DNA of 63,748 nucleotides, counting the filler, from Intoshia linei (lineage: Eukaryota; Animalia; Orthonectida), in assembly GCA_001642005.1 (NCBI GenBank). It is 5 parts of 5 records of this genome, joined end to end, with 100 filler letters (N's around TTAATTAATTAA, not from the genome) between each part and the next. Parts side by side here need not be neighbours in the genome. Positions count along the whole stretch, not along the records: positions 32,063 to 52,936 come from LWCA01000670.1; 4 more parts are not named here. One strand, 5' to 3'. The stretch's first letter is position 1. Every line of letters begins with the position of its first letter. Position numbers and translations under genes: made by a program. Below, piece by piece: positions 38,349 to 51,499 of this stretch. The notes under the pieces were generated by a model. The model made no database searches and was not told the DNA's origin. It was given only the letters and a program-made list of their open reading frames with translations.

Positions 38349-39132
38349 CTTTTTATGATACGTCATATTGTAATTAATAAACTTTGAAAATTATTTAATA
38401 ACTATCTACTTAGTTTTTTGAGTGTACACTGTACAGTACAATTAGTGAACAACTATTTGAGCGAAATCATCGATTTTACTAATTAATAATATTGTTGATT
38501 TTTTTAAAATTATATTTTGTCACATAAATAAACAGTAGCATATTGGATGTGATTAATAGTTAATTAATTAATTATATTGATCCATTCTGTCAAATTCAAA
38601 AAGCCATAAAAGTAAATTATATGCTACCATATTTTTTTAATAAATCAAATATTTTCATAATAATTTTTATAGAAGATGTAATATCAACGTTCTATAAAAC
38701 AATTCTGATATCAAAAAATAAATTATATAGTATATAATTTATTTATTATACAATTATATGTACTGTATATTTTGAAAATACATTTGATTCAAAAGTATTA
38801 AATCATAATGTTTTGTAGTCATTTTAATAATGTTTAAAATTTTGGGTTTACATTTTTTTTGGAGGGACTTTTTTAGCAAACCCTAGTAAAATCGATTAGA
38901 AGTGTTTAAAAATTTTTTTACATATCGAGTGCGCCGCACAATTTTCCATTTGATTGGGGATGTTGTTGAGTTGAGACTCAACTTGAGTATGTGATGAATA
39001 CGAGTAGAAAAAAAAAGTTGAGAAACACTGCATTCTAACATTATACAATACATGCTATGACCCAAGTTCAGTAATGGTCTAAAAAAAATATTTATTGATA
39101 CAAATTAATATATGGTTGGATTTTGTCTAAAA

Positions 39133-40761
39133 TCAAAATTTTCGTCCATTTCTTTCAAATTTATCATTTGATAAGCGGTACGCAGCTAAAAAAGATGAAA
39201 CAGAGTCCGATTTATTTATTAATAATTGGTTGATTTGTGTATCACGTTCATTTAACCCAATCGACGTGTATCTAAACGTTAAATTTAAATATTTACTAAA
39301 TATACTGTTATATTGTTGTGAATCCCACTTGCCATGTATAAACACACCAATTCTTAAAAAATGTAATTTATAAATGCATTACATATATTGGATTTTATTT
39401 AAATTTTTGGAATCCCTTCTTTAATAATCTACTATTTTGCAGATTCAGGGATCATGCACCATTTTTTTGATCTCATTTATGGTGTAGTATGGTATTAATA
39501 AGAAAAATATTATATCCAAATAGATGGTCAACGAATTTTTTTATACCCTAATAAACAAAACTTTTTCAGGTGCCAGTTTGGCATTGCAGGCCATAGTCTC
39601 ATGAAATTACACAACTTTAAACAATTTTCAATGATTCAATTCCCGTTTTAATAAACAAAAAACTTGGAATTCCAGAAAATGTTAAAATTAACTAATTAAT
39701 TAATGTTACGTAAAATTATAATTAAATGTGCATAATTATCTAATAATAAAAATACCCTTTATTATATAGTTCACAATATTTTATATTTTTTTGCAAAATA
39801 TATGTCCAAACATCGGAATAATTCCAATCTAATTTAAAATGTATTAAAAACGATTACACCAAAGTACATAAAAATTAATATAAAACAAGGCCATCGAAAA
39901 TGAAAAATAACCCAAAATTTTTTTTACAAACCATGCATAGCGTCATATAAACCTAACGAACTCTCTAACACTCTTGACTTGATATGTTAAATTTAACACA
40001 CCTTATAGTTAAGATATTCAGCAAAAAAATTTTTTTAATACTCAATTTAGAAAAATAAGTACCCTTTTATAAAAATTTCTTCGAGGCCACGAATAGGGGT
40101 TTCAGAGTACGATAGGTTCGGCACTGATTGTCCTTGTAGTAAAGTACGAAATATGAATTACTCAGTATAGGCAAAACACGGATATACTCTGGCCAATCTT
40201 CGCTAGTTTCACTAAGATGAGTGAGTTTCGCTAAAATTGAATTGAATAAATACTTTACAAAAAAGTACAACAATTTGGATCTGTATATCTATTCCCCATT
40301 AAAATGTGCTTAACAGTAGGGAATTTTTTTTTAAATGTAAATAAAGCGTCTTTTTGAGAATCTGATTCAATTTGCACAAGATTTAAATTACACCTGAATT
40401 AATGAAAATTAAAAAGTTAAAAAAAAATAAAAATGATATACTTTTGAGTATAAAAATTTATAATTTCCATAATTTCATCAAATATAACACCTTTATTGGT
40501 AATGAAAATGGTGATTATTTTTTCACTTGGATATTTTCTAAACAAAAATGACCATAAATAATGAAAAAAAGTACTCTTTAAAAATTTTGTAAAAAATGTC
40601 CAATACAATAGTACAATCTTTTCCACCATTAAATGCTATTGAAATTTCATTTGAACTATTTTAAAATTATTATGGATAATTAAAATAGACTTGCAAGTTT
40701 GGACGACTTCGTAGATGACCTTACGAGTCACTTGGTATTTTTCAGTTGAAATTGCATCCAT
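39133..40761 (-). CDS. FLAD1: FAD synthase (PAPS-reductase domain only), 7 exons, about 217 aa
   Basis: Exons 40761-40691, 40655-40575, 40537-40442, 40393-40269, 40230-40162, 39828-39756, 39271-39133, in phase. Motifs AFNGGKDCT, ILMGNRYTDP, WPEYIRVLPILNWNYSDVW, YCELYNKGYTSIG, AYRL...ERNGR. Confidence 0.93.
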
Positions 40762-41301
40762 TAATATAATTATGGAAATGTGTAAAATGCAAGTCTAAAT
40801 GTGCGTCTTAATTTCAATGTACACTTTATGATACGTTAATTTTGTAAATTGTGATATCAGTGCACCAGAATTATTTTCAAAAGTTGTGGTTCCCTTGCAT
40901 TTTAATAAATTACCTTGGTTCGTTACTGGAACATGCAAAATAGATCGTATTTCGAAATTCGAACAACAGATTGTAGAATTGTCTTTCTGTTGATTCGAAT
41001 AGTCTGATTATAATCTTTAAGACGCAATTGCAAGATGTAACTTTGTTTTGCCAAATTATATCTTCTAACATATGTTGCCACCAGTGTTATCAGAAAATAA
41101 ACTAATATTTAGTAATTAATATGTAAATGAGAAGAAATTCTTACTTATATAAAGTAAAGTTAATTACATGCCTAGTGCATAATTTTCACTTTACAATACG
41201 AGTTTGGCAGAATGGATGATCCCGAAGGGTGAATGCATTCAACACACGAGTTCTGTAAAAGTGTGAAAATATATATGTTAATTTGTTGGTTTGGTTTGTC
41301 C

Positions 41302-41660
41302 ACTGTCTTTTCTCGATTATAAGCAGACCCTGAAATACAAATTTTCAGTGAAATTTTTAACTAAATAAAAGTTGAATATAAGCAGTTTCTGCTTGTATTC
41401 TAAAGAATTTTAAACAAAAAATAGACAACATATCAATTTATTTTTAAAAAATAACTTGCTTCATATAATAGAATGTCTAATTTAGAAGTTTTGCTTTCAC
41501 TATATACAATACGTAGTTTATGTTTTTATATTTTTAAGGTCTGGTTAAAAGTCTGTTTTTTTTTTTGATTATAAGCATTTTCCCTTCTACTCTCGAACTT
41601 CTAATAATAACTAATAACTAATATTAATAAGAAGACTTCTTATAATCGAGAAAAGAAAGT
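41302..41660. mobile_element. pogo/Tc2-like MITE
   Basis: Inverted ends CTGTCTTTTCTCGATTATAAG and CTTATAATCGAGAAAAGAAAG-TA. Confidence 0.65.
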
Positions 41661-41749
41661 AGTTAAAGAAAAGAAAGTAAGAAGAGTCGAGTTTTAAGAT
41701 TTTCATTAGTTTTTCGAGGGTGATGGTTTCTCGCAAATTTTATTTTTAG

Positions 41750-42170
41750 CAATTAAGTTCTTCAAAAATAAAAACCCCAATTGTCAGTTTTTTCTAGATT
41801 TAAACAGTCTTAGATTTATAAAAAATACACAACCTGATCAAGACTTTAAATCCATCAAATTATCATAATTTCCAATTTTAAAATCTTATAGCTTTACGGA
41901 CAAAACCAAATTACACTTTTTTGTAAAAATTTAATATAAATATTATCATAAATTTGAATTTAAAAAAAATATATCTTCAGGCCCAAAATCACAAATTATT
42001 ATTTTTTTTAACAATGAACATAGCCCTAGAATTTAAAAAATTTACAGGTGTTACAGTTGTATTCTGTTAACACACACAAAAAATTTCAATCTGAATAAGT
42101 GACGCCTTCAAAAAAGCACTTTAGTATTCATATTTTATTAACATTCCGAAATATGTAAAACAAAAAATAT
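41750..42170 (+). mobile_element. Non-autonomous Helitron fragment
   Basis: Family core blocks (TTTACAGGTG..TACAGTT, TCTGAATAAGTGACG). Confidence 0.7.
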
Positions 42171-42624
42171 AGAAAAATTTCTCATTAGCGCCAAACTATC
42201 AATACCGTCAAAATTTGAGTAATGCGTTAAACCCTTAATTTAAATAATAAATATTTAAATTTATTGATATTTACAATTAATATATTTATTTAAGTTTATT
42301 TAAATTAAATATAAACCAGTATTATAGAAATTATTAATCTAATTTTAATAATAACTTATCCCTAAATTAAACCCTAATTAAATTTACAAACAAATAAATT
42401 AAAAAACATCTATGTTAGATGAAGTAACTTCATTTTATCATTATTTTAGTATATAAATACTTTTTAATACATAGTAACCGTATCCATGATTTATTCGCTA
42501 CGAATTTATACTCTTAATAACGTTAATCGAGGAAAATTTGATTTTTTACTTTATTCTATAATTTTGAAAAATAACTATGGGATTTTCCTTCTCCAAGTGT
42601 ATCACTATGCGTGCTATATACTTC

Positions 42625-42925
42625 CTAGGCTGACTGTTATGTACTACGTACAAACAGCACGTAGATCTGTCGAGGGTACATTTTTCTTGTTTCAAAAAAA
42701 TAAATTCACGTTGAAAATCTAACTTAAAAATCCTACTATTCACTATTATTAATCCTTCAAAGGAGTGGTTCCAGAATTTGTTTCAGGTGGAACCATCATA
42801 TCACATAACTTTTTACTTTAAAGTGAATTATTCCATCTTAATTTTTTTTGGTAACATTTGCGTAAAAAAATTTAAAAATAATTGTTATCCCATTTTATTA
42901 ATTTATTAGACAGAATGTGTGTATA
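42625..42925 (-). mobile_element. Non-autonomous Helitron 3' end
   Basis: CTAGGCTGACTGTTATGTACTACGTACAAACAG is the reverse complement of hairpin plus CTAG. Confidence 0.75.
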
Positions 42926-43591
42926 TTATACACACATATTATGCAGTAGTTACAAAATATAGAAATGTTAACAAATTTCAAGTGTTAGCACACAATGTTA
43001 ATGATATCAATTTTAGAGGTGAGACTAATAAGATTTACTCTAAATTCTCATATTTATTTGTATAGTAAATGAATTTTTGGTTCAATATGATTTGAAAATG
43101 TAAATTTGACTACTAATAAAATTTGGTAAAAATTTTAAAATTCGCGTTAACCAAATTTCGCGTCAATCCAGGAAAACCTGATTTATTTGAATCTTACTGA
43201 CCCAAGGCATATAGTTTTGAACGCCAGATGTCCAGGGACTCCCAATCGGGAACTACCATTATAACTGTAAGTATTTTTCATACACAAATTGTTTTTTCAT
43301 GGATTAACATTTTTTTGCTATTATAAGAAAATAAAAAATTATTCATATTATTGATGGATTTCATTTTAAAATAATTGTCTTGGTAACCACATACTGTGCC
43401 TACTCAAACAAATTTACCATACCACGCCATATCCCTGATATACATGTAATGGAAACGTAAAAATTTCATATAATAAACTTTGCTTAGTAAATATACGTAA
43501 ATAGTCAAACAATATTTATTCTTATTTCGTGATATATATATCATTTACTATTTATTCTTGTCGTTACAAATTTATACATATTTCAAATAAG

Positions 43592-43776
43592 ATGAAACAA
43601 TTCATATCCATATTATTCGTAGTCATGTTCATGGTTGAAAGTATCCAAAGTCTGGTAGTGAAAGGTAATTCTAAATAAACTCTAGTAATATATATTTTTC
43701 ACTTGTGTATTATTTTGCAGAATGCATATTTTATGCTTACAATAATGCTTTCAGAATGGAATTTCCGCATTTTTGA
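43592..43776 (+). CDS. Possible 42-aa secreted peptide, or a truncated pseudogene
   Basis: MKQFISILFVVMFMVESIQSLVVKE|CIFYAYNNAFRMEFPHF*; 56-nt GT-AG intron at 43665-43720; signal-peptide-like N-terminus. Confidence 0.4.
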
Positions 43777-46700
43777 CTTTATGTAACATTTTTTCAATAT
43801 AAACTTTTTTGAGAAGATGGGATATCTGTGATTTATCCTATACATTAACTCACTTATATTGTATATGTATGGTAGTCTACCACCACTTATATTCAGGAAG
43901 TCATTATGATGGTACCATTATGCATAATAGATAAATTTGTCATCTGACCTTGATATGACCCGAATGATTACACTGGCCAACACCAAAAGCATGCAAGGAT
44001 GATGAATACATCATCTTCTTCGTCTCAATGAACTGGTCAACGCTATAACTATATTATTTTTCAATCACGTCCAGATTTTTTTTAATTGACGATAAAGTTG
44101 CAAAAATAGGGGGTGTTCAAAACCATCTTAAACACAATTAGAAACACCAACTATGTATTTTATGCCGCATCATATATTAATATTATATTAATTAATGTCA
44201 TACTATATTTTGTTTAATAAAAAATATTATACTTTTGGGAAATGTCAAATAATGTACTGCTACCAAATTATATTAGATCCAAATATTTACATGCAATAAA
44301 GTGATGCTAAAAAAATCATAAAATTTAAATAAAATTACCTCTTTAATTTCTCGTGGTACATTCATTTTCGATTGACGATAATGAAAATCATTAAACCATT
44401 ATGGTTATTTTGAAAAATTATATCTTCAATTTTTTAAATAATCATGACTCTTTAATACGTATTATTAATGTTAATTCAAAGTTAACCAATTATGTGGTCA
44501 ATGATATTAATTAAATTAAACAAATTAATTAATCATACAATTATATAATTTTTAATTTAGAACCTACAGGTATATTTTATTTTTTACCATTCTTTAAAAA
44601 ATGTATGATATTTCGTGTTTTCTTCTAGCCTCCTACCACTACTATTACATTATCATATTATGTTTTCGGTGGGAATTATTAATATTTTTATATTCTTGAA
44701 TATTTTCAAGATTTTTGTGTACTATTTTTATTTGTCTGAAATATTTGGTAAGGAAAGTAGTCTGAATCGAGGTGTCTTTCTCATTCATAATATGACTAGA
44801 ATAACTCATTAATGATAAATAAGAAGTTTAAGTCAAATAATCTTATAAAATATGACGAAATAATGCATTTTATAAGTTATCTATTATTCATAATTTAATA
44901 ACTGTAAAAATAGTAACAGTTTAAATATAATCTGAAGGCATATGTGGGTGATAAACAATGTAAATAACGAATTAATATAATATGAAATGAAATAAAGTGA
45001 AACGAATTAAATGTAATAATTTCGAATAAATATATATTTTGTCGAAAACTTTATTTATCAAAAGAAGGAGTGCCGTTACGACCAACTCCGACATAATGTA
45101 CTGTATATTATAAATAAATATTGTTTTATATTATTAACGGTTATTAATTGGTTTTGACATCTTCGGATATTTGTCAACCCTAGTATTCATATAGTTACAA
45201 TCAAAGTTCAATTTATTATCGCATTATTAAATGATACTTGTAATTAATTAAACTGTTCTTAAATATAATTCACATATTAATTCCTTTACGATTTTACTCA
45301 TTTATTCTTGCGTTTTTTAAATTTTTATTTTTAGTTCTCAATCTATTCATTTATATAATATTAAGAATAGTTCGAAATAAAAATATTTATAAATGACTAT
45401 TGATATCGGGTTGATTATTTTCAATCTATTAAATAAAAATTTCCAGTAAAAATTGAAACTGAACTTTATTTAAGACTAAATAAGATGATGAAAAAGATCT
45501 TGATATCAAATAAAATTATACATAAATATTAATTTTATTTAGCATTTGGTAATTATAAATTTCACTAAATAATTTTAAACTTATTCGAATACAATTGTCA
45601 TAATCATTATTCCATAATAGAAATATCAAAGAATTTCAGTAAATATTATTGAAAATTTAATTATAATAGAAAATATACTAATTAAAATATATACCAATGA
45701 TTTTTATATTTTTATTATTGAACATATATTTAGTTATAAGTAAACATACTTTATATTATATACTAGTTGAAATTAAACTGGCCCACATCGTTGGATGAAT
45801 GTTATGATTTATAGTATAAATTTTATACTATTACACGTCACAACATTTTAACACTTTGTAAAAAGTTTTTGCTAAATTTTATTACTTTGTGAAAGAGTGA
45901 ATCGATACAATCACATTGTAAAAATAAGATAGAAAATTAAAGCGTGGTCACTGAAATAGAGACACATAAGTATTACCTAAAAACAATTTAAAACCAATTT
46001 TTATATTTGTTTAAAATTATTTTGGATGTAAAAACATTTTTAAATATATTTAAACACATAGGATAAATTAACAATTTTTAAATAAGGATTTAACCTTCAA
46101 ATCTCAAAAAAATTCAATTCCCTAAAACAAACTTTTTTTAAGAGTTTTAGGATAAAATTTTAACACATTTATTAACAAATCAAGGTGGTTGATGTGACCA
46201 AATTAAATAATGTATATTAGTGCTGTTCGTTTTTTACAAAAATTGATTTTTGTTGAAAATACACTATACCACGCTGAAGAGAGTACTTAAAAACCCCGAA
46301 AAATATATTTTTAGAAAAATTTACCGTAAATACATTAAGCGGTTTTCCTTTTTAAGGTTTTCGCGCGCTTTCCCCCTTTTTCTTAATTGGCGCCAATGAT
46401 TTTATTTTAAACAAGGATACGATTAATGTACGACCCACTAAGACATATACCATACCTTGAGTGAAAAAATGAAATATTTAACCTGACAGGGCGTTTTCTT
46501 GATATATTATAATATAATTAATTATTTTAAATTAAATACCGTTTTAAACATTTTCTACTATAATTGGCTCATCATAATCATCTTAATATTGAATTTTAAT
46601 TTTTTTGAATATACTAGAAACCGTTTCTCTTCGTTAAAATTGAAATCTATCATGTGTCATCAATCTATATTTAAAATTTAAAAAATGGGGCCCATTCAAT

Positions 46701-47213
46701 TTTTGATATAAAAAAGTGACCCACGAGATGCAAAAGGTTTACGACCTCTGCTCTGTCAATTCATTATATTCTAGACATAAATATAATTTCATAATTATGA
46801 TAGAGGGATAGATCAGAAATAATAAAATATAATACATTTACGTCATTTTGTATGTATCACACTTTTAATGAATTTCGTATGATAAAGTAGATATCTATAA
46901 TATATATTAGGATGTTTCACATATTGTAATCAGTCTTTATTATATGTGTTGAGTCTTGAATAAGTAAATAAGTATTACTAATGACTTTTAGAGGTGGAAA
47001 AAATTAGTCTAATGTTATATTACAAAAACTATTTCACCATTAAATTATTCTGAAATTGGGAGGATCAGTTGCACACGAATAGTCCTTACAATGTCTCGCC
47101 AATTCTCGAAAAAAATATAATTAATACTGTTTTGTAATACAATAAAATTGATAAATTATTAAAAAACTAAAATTAGTGAGAAATGCTAAAAATATCAATT
47201 AATTAATGAAGGG

Positions 47214-47838
47214 TAGGGTGTCACATTTTTTGGCAAATTTGTTAATTTCTTTGGCGTCTAGTGTAGATTTGATGTATTCATGAAATAACAATATAATCAT
47301 TGTATCAATTTTAAAAAGAAATGCCTATTCGAGTTGCGCATACCATTTTAACATTATCATACAAAAATATTAATGAAAAATTGAAACTAAACTTTAATTT
47401 ACTAAATTTGATACAATATTACTTTATTGATCGTTTTTATGGCTCATTTATTATTTTTATCTTCATTATTGTGGTTTCTAAGAAGGTAGATTTTAAGGCA
47501 AAATATTAATAAAATAATGTAATAAGATGGTTTTCAATGTAATTCAGCGGTTCTTAAAACTCAAAATAATTAGTCTAGAAATTTATTTTAATTACCAAAA
47601 TGTCCACCCGAATATGGTAAACGAACCAAAGATGCGAAACATAATAAAACAATATTTCGTTAAATAAAGTTTATTAATTTTATTTTTCTATAATAATTTC
47701 AAAGTAAATAATTAAAATGGTGTGCTCTTTTTGAGTAGTGACTTTTGATGTCTACAAATTTAGATTAACCTATATTATTTATGAATACACCAAACGTATA
47801 CTACATGCACAGTATTCTTGAATACGTGTGACACCTTA
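47214..47838. mobile_element. hAT (Blackjack-like) MITE
   Basis: TIR TAGGGTGTCACA and TGTGACACCTTA; TSD ATGAAGGG/ATGAGGGG (1 mismatch); similar ends at 20211 and 48547. Confidence 0.7.
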
Positions 47839-48631
47839 ATGAGGGGTTACAATATTTAATTAATTGATTGATAACTTCAAAATCTTAATAAGAATGTCTT
47901 AAGTAGAAGAATGAGTAACATACTTAGCAAATATTACAAATCAGTTAAATGATGTTATGTAAAAAGAAGTTGCATTATAATTGTTTGAATGGATACTATT
48001 ATGCTTAAAAAAAGTAAATTATTTAATGATTTATGAGATAATGATATTCTCTTCCTCGACATGAATAAAGCACTTATTGAAAAATTGCGTTCATTTTATC
48101 TTTTATTGTCTATCAGACAGTTTTGAAGATTTGCTAAGCGTGGTAAGTGGATTCTGATAAGTCAAAACGGTAGAAGATTCTCAAAATTGTTAATATTGAC
48201 ATTTTTCTATTGCTCCACAATTGCTAGTATAATTGTTGTTATTTTTCTTCATCCAATATTCGAATATGTATAATAAAGTTATAATAATAAGTAAGAATAA
48301 GTTGGAATATTCAATCAAATGTAAATCTTGGGTTTCAATTTCACCGTGTTAACTATACAGTACGTTCAATTTTTCATATGCATAAATTTGAATCAATTCA
48401 ATATATAATCTGTACATTTACAATTATAGGTTTAATAAACATAAACATTGTTTATGTAAATTGTATAATTTAGATTGTAATAATTAATATTTAATTGCTT
48501 ACTAAGCTATATTTTCTATCTAATTTACTGGCAGCTATATATACATTAGGGTATCACACCCTTCTTTATTTCTATAGAAAAATACTGATATATATTTTTA
48601 TTCGTACTTGATTGTATTAATTTTTTAAATA

Positions 48632-49010
48632 ATGCAATGCTTTTCTGACAACCATTGTTATATTTGTGGAATATATGTATTTAAATCGTCTAGAATGTAT
48701 AATACCACTAATAAATTGATCCAAGAGAAATACAAACTTACCTACAACCGCAGTATTTGTTTTAATATTTGGAGCCCCACAAAAATCAAATCAAAAAATT
48801 ACAGTTTACTAAAAACTTTTTTCAAATCCTATAAAAAATGGGCTGCCTCTATAGTCCCAAAATACACCTCATAGAAAGTCATAGTGATAGATAGAGCGAA
48901 CACGGTGAACGTTTTCATCAAACTATACTCATCTCATACTTTATTCATCAAATTTTTGAAAAGCAGTTTCATGGATTGAATCACCAAAGAATGCTCGGCG
49001 ATTATTTGTA
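48632..49010 (+). mobile_element. Internally deleted DNA transposase relic, Chapaev3-like
   Basis: N-terminal DNHCYICG...WSP joined to C-terminal SEHGERFHQ...FEKQFHG...MLGDY. The superfamily assignment is from recalled motifs. Confidence 0.6.
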
Positions 49011-51132
49011 GACAATTAAAAATATTAATTAGCTTATTTTTTTGTATTTATTCATTTTGAAAATTACATCGACTTCTATTCAAAAATTCGACAGAGCTGC
49101 ATATAACCATATACATTATTCGATGCGCTCAATTGTAGTCTATTTATTATATACATTACATATATGACGCAAGAAACTGACATTAATATTGAGGGTTAAT
49201 TATTCCAAATTATTAATTTTTAGTTATTTATTATATTATTTTGCTATCGAATTATCATACATATATACTAAATATAAATATTTCAAATATTTATTAGCCA
49301 TTTTTTGATCCATAAAGAAAGATTTTTCCCCAATATATGGAAAAACCGAAAATCCAATATACATATTATTTATTTTATTAGGTTTAATTTAAATTTATAT
49401 TGCCAATAATTAATTAATACGACATATCTGAACTACAAAAATCATGTAAAAATATTTTTAACGCAATAAAAAAAAAATTTTTTTTTTGTCTAGTCTAATG
49501 TTTCATTTCACTGTCATTTTCATTGTTCATTATTTTTTTATGGTGAACATAAAAAAAAATCGAAACTAAATGTTCACTATCCACAAGTCTGACTGTAATA
49601 TGTATAGATATAAAAATCAAATAAATCAATTGATGAAAAATTTATTTATATTTTTAAAGATAAGTAAGAATAGTAGTATTGTAGATAAGAACCTCATTCT
49701 AAGAATTTTATTTCTCATTGTTTTAACAAAATTCCATAACCTTAATAAATATATTATAATATATATCATATCATTTTATTTTTCTCATAATTTTATAAAT
49801 ATAGATGGTATTTTTGTCATATTATATAATTATAATCCATTACACAGTAAGCATTTTTCGATAAATTTTAATAGTTATAATATAATAATTATTTCTACAT
49901 TCTTTTCAAAGCAGCTGTATCAAACTTGTCGCGCGCCGCGAATTCGTATATGTATTAATGTATTAAAATTTTTCTAAAACAAAACATCCAGGGTCGTACA
50001 ACATGAGAAATGAGTTAACACTAACGTCAATGATTTTAGTTTTTTATATTATTGCAAAAACATCGGACTACTCAGCGATTTAAAATTACCCGTTTAATTT
50101 GAAATGAACTTTATTTTGAGTATTAATTATAAGATTTATTATAATTTTTAAGATGTTCCATCTATAATTTCAAAATTTAAAATTAAATAACAAAAATGTA
50201 TCTTATTTTTTAAAAATTTTTATCAGGACCCCACGGGCAGTAGGCCCCACGTTGGGAAATGGCTACATTACATTCATTCATCTTATAGTTTTATGCTAAT
50301 AAACATATCAAAAATTAAATTCATAAATCACACTTATAATGGCCCTAGTTATCATCATTATCTCATCTAAACTGCGAGAAAATGATATTTACTGAAACAA
50401 TAATACGATTCAGATCATGCTTATTAATATAATCATAATAATTATTTATTAATCATAATAACAATTGTCGCGTCGGCAGACGACGACTTTTTAAAATTAT
50501 ATCAAAAATGTAATTCTCTTACTTTCTCCTCTCTTTGTTTGCCTCTACCAACCCATCTCATTATCTAAGTAATTTTTTTTAATAGAATTAAACCAAAGAC
50601 CGTCTCATCATTTGTCAGCGTGTAAACCAATTTTTTGGACTAAATCTATGCGTTGCATATTAGTTATTTTTATAGTTTATATTTTTGCAATATTAATTTA
50701 TTATCGTAATTAATGATGTCTATATTAATTATATTTATTACAATTATATATTTTTAAATCAGAATCACATTCATTTTAATCATAAAAACATAACTGCTAA
50801 AAGCTTTTTTGTATAATTTCTAAGATTGTAATTTTAACTTATCTTTCAATTTTATGGTGTTTACATCAAAGTAAAAAATGAATAAAGTGTTTTGATACAA
50901 ATATGAATATATAGATACAAAATTGAAATAAAAATATAGTTCTTCCACTATAAAATTATTTAATATTGTTTGTCGTATACGACAAATTTTGTGTTGATAT
51001 TATTAATTAAAAATGCATTTATCTTTGCAACAGAGAGTAAATTCATTAATTTTTTTTAATAATCTTGTAATATAATAAAAAATGTAAGCCATTAAGAGCC
51101 TATACCGCGGACTGAAATGTGGTCATATAGAA

Positions 51133-51456
51133 CAGGGATCGATAACCATAAGATTAATAATAATTTGGCAACCAGTGGCCACAGAACAATTTTAGTGGCC
51201 CTTTGAGTACATATGTAAATTATTTTTTTTAAATTTTTAAACACCGTTTTAAACGTTTTCTACTATAATTGACACATTATAATCATTTTAATTCGGAATT
51301 TTCAGATCACCTTTGATATTATTTTGTTGAATATACTAGAACCGTTTTTTTGAGTTAAAATTGAAATATATCATGTGTAAATTTTCAAAAACGGAGCCCG
51401 TAGAATTTTTTTATATAAAAACTGGCCCACGAGATGCAAACGGTTGCCGATACCTG
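51133..51456. mobile_element. hAT MITE
   Basis: TIRs CAGGGATCGATAACC and GGTTGCCGATACCTG; TSD ATATAGAA/ATATAAAA; a related end lies at 46715-46750. Confidence 0.75.
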
Positions 51457-51499
51457 ATATAAAAACACATAAAATAATGACATTAACATTTTATAAAAT

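Noticed and set aside
40790-41100. Coding-like sequence upstream of FLAD1 as the missing molybdopterin-binding domain
   Set aside because: No recognisable motifs and no clear in-frame splice to the FLAD1 exon.
49570-49977. 135-aa Ile/Asn/Phe-rich ORF
   Set aside because: Composition mirrors the AT-rich background; no motif or splice support.
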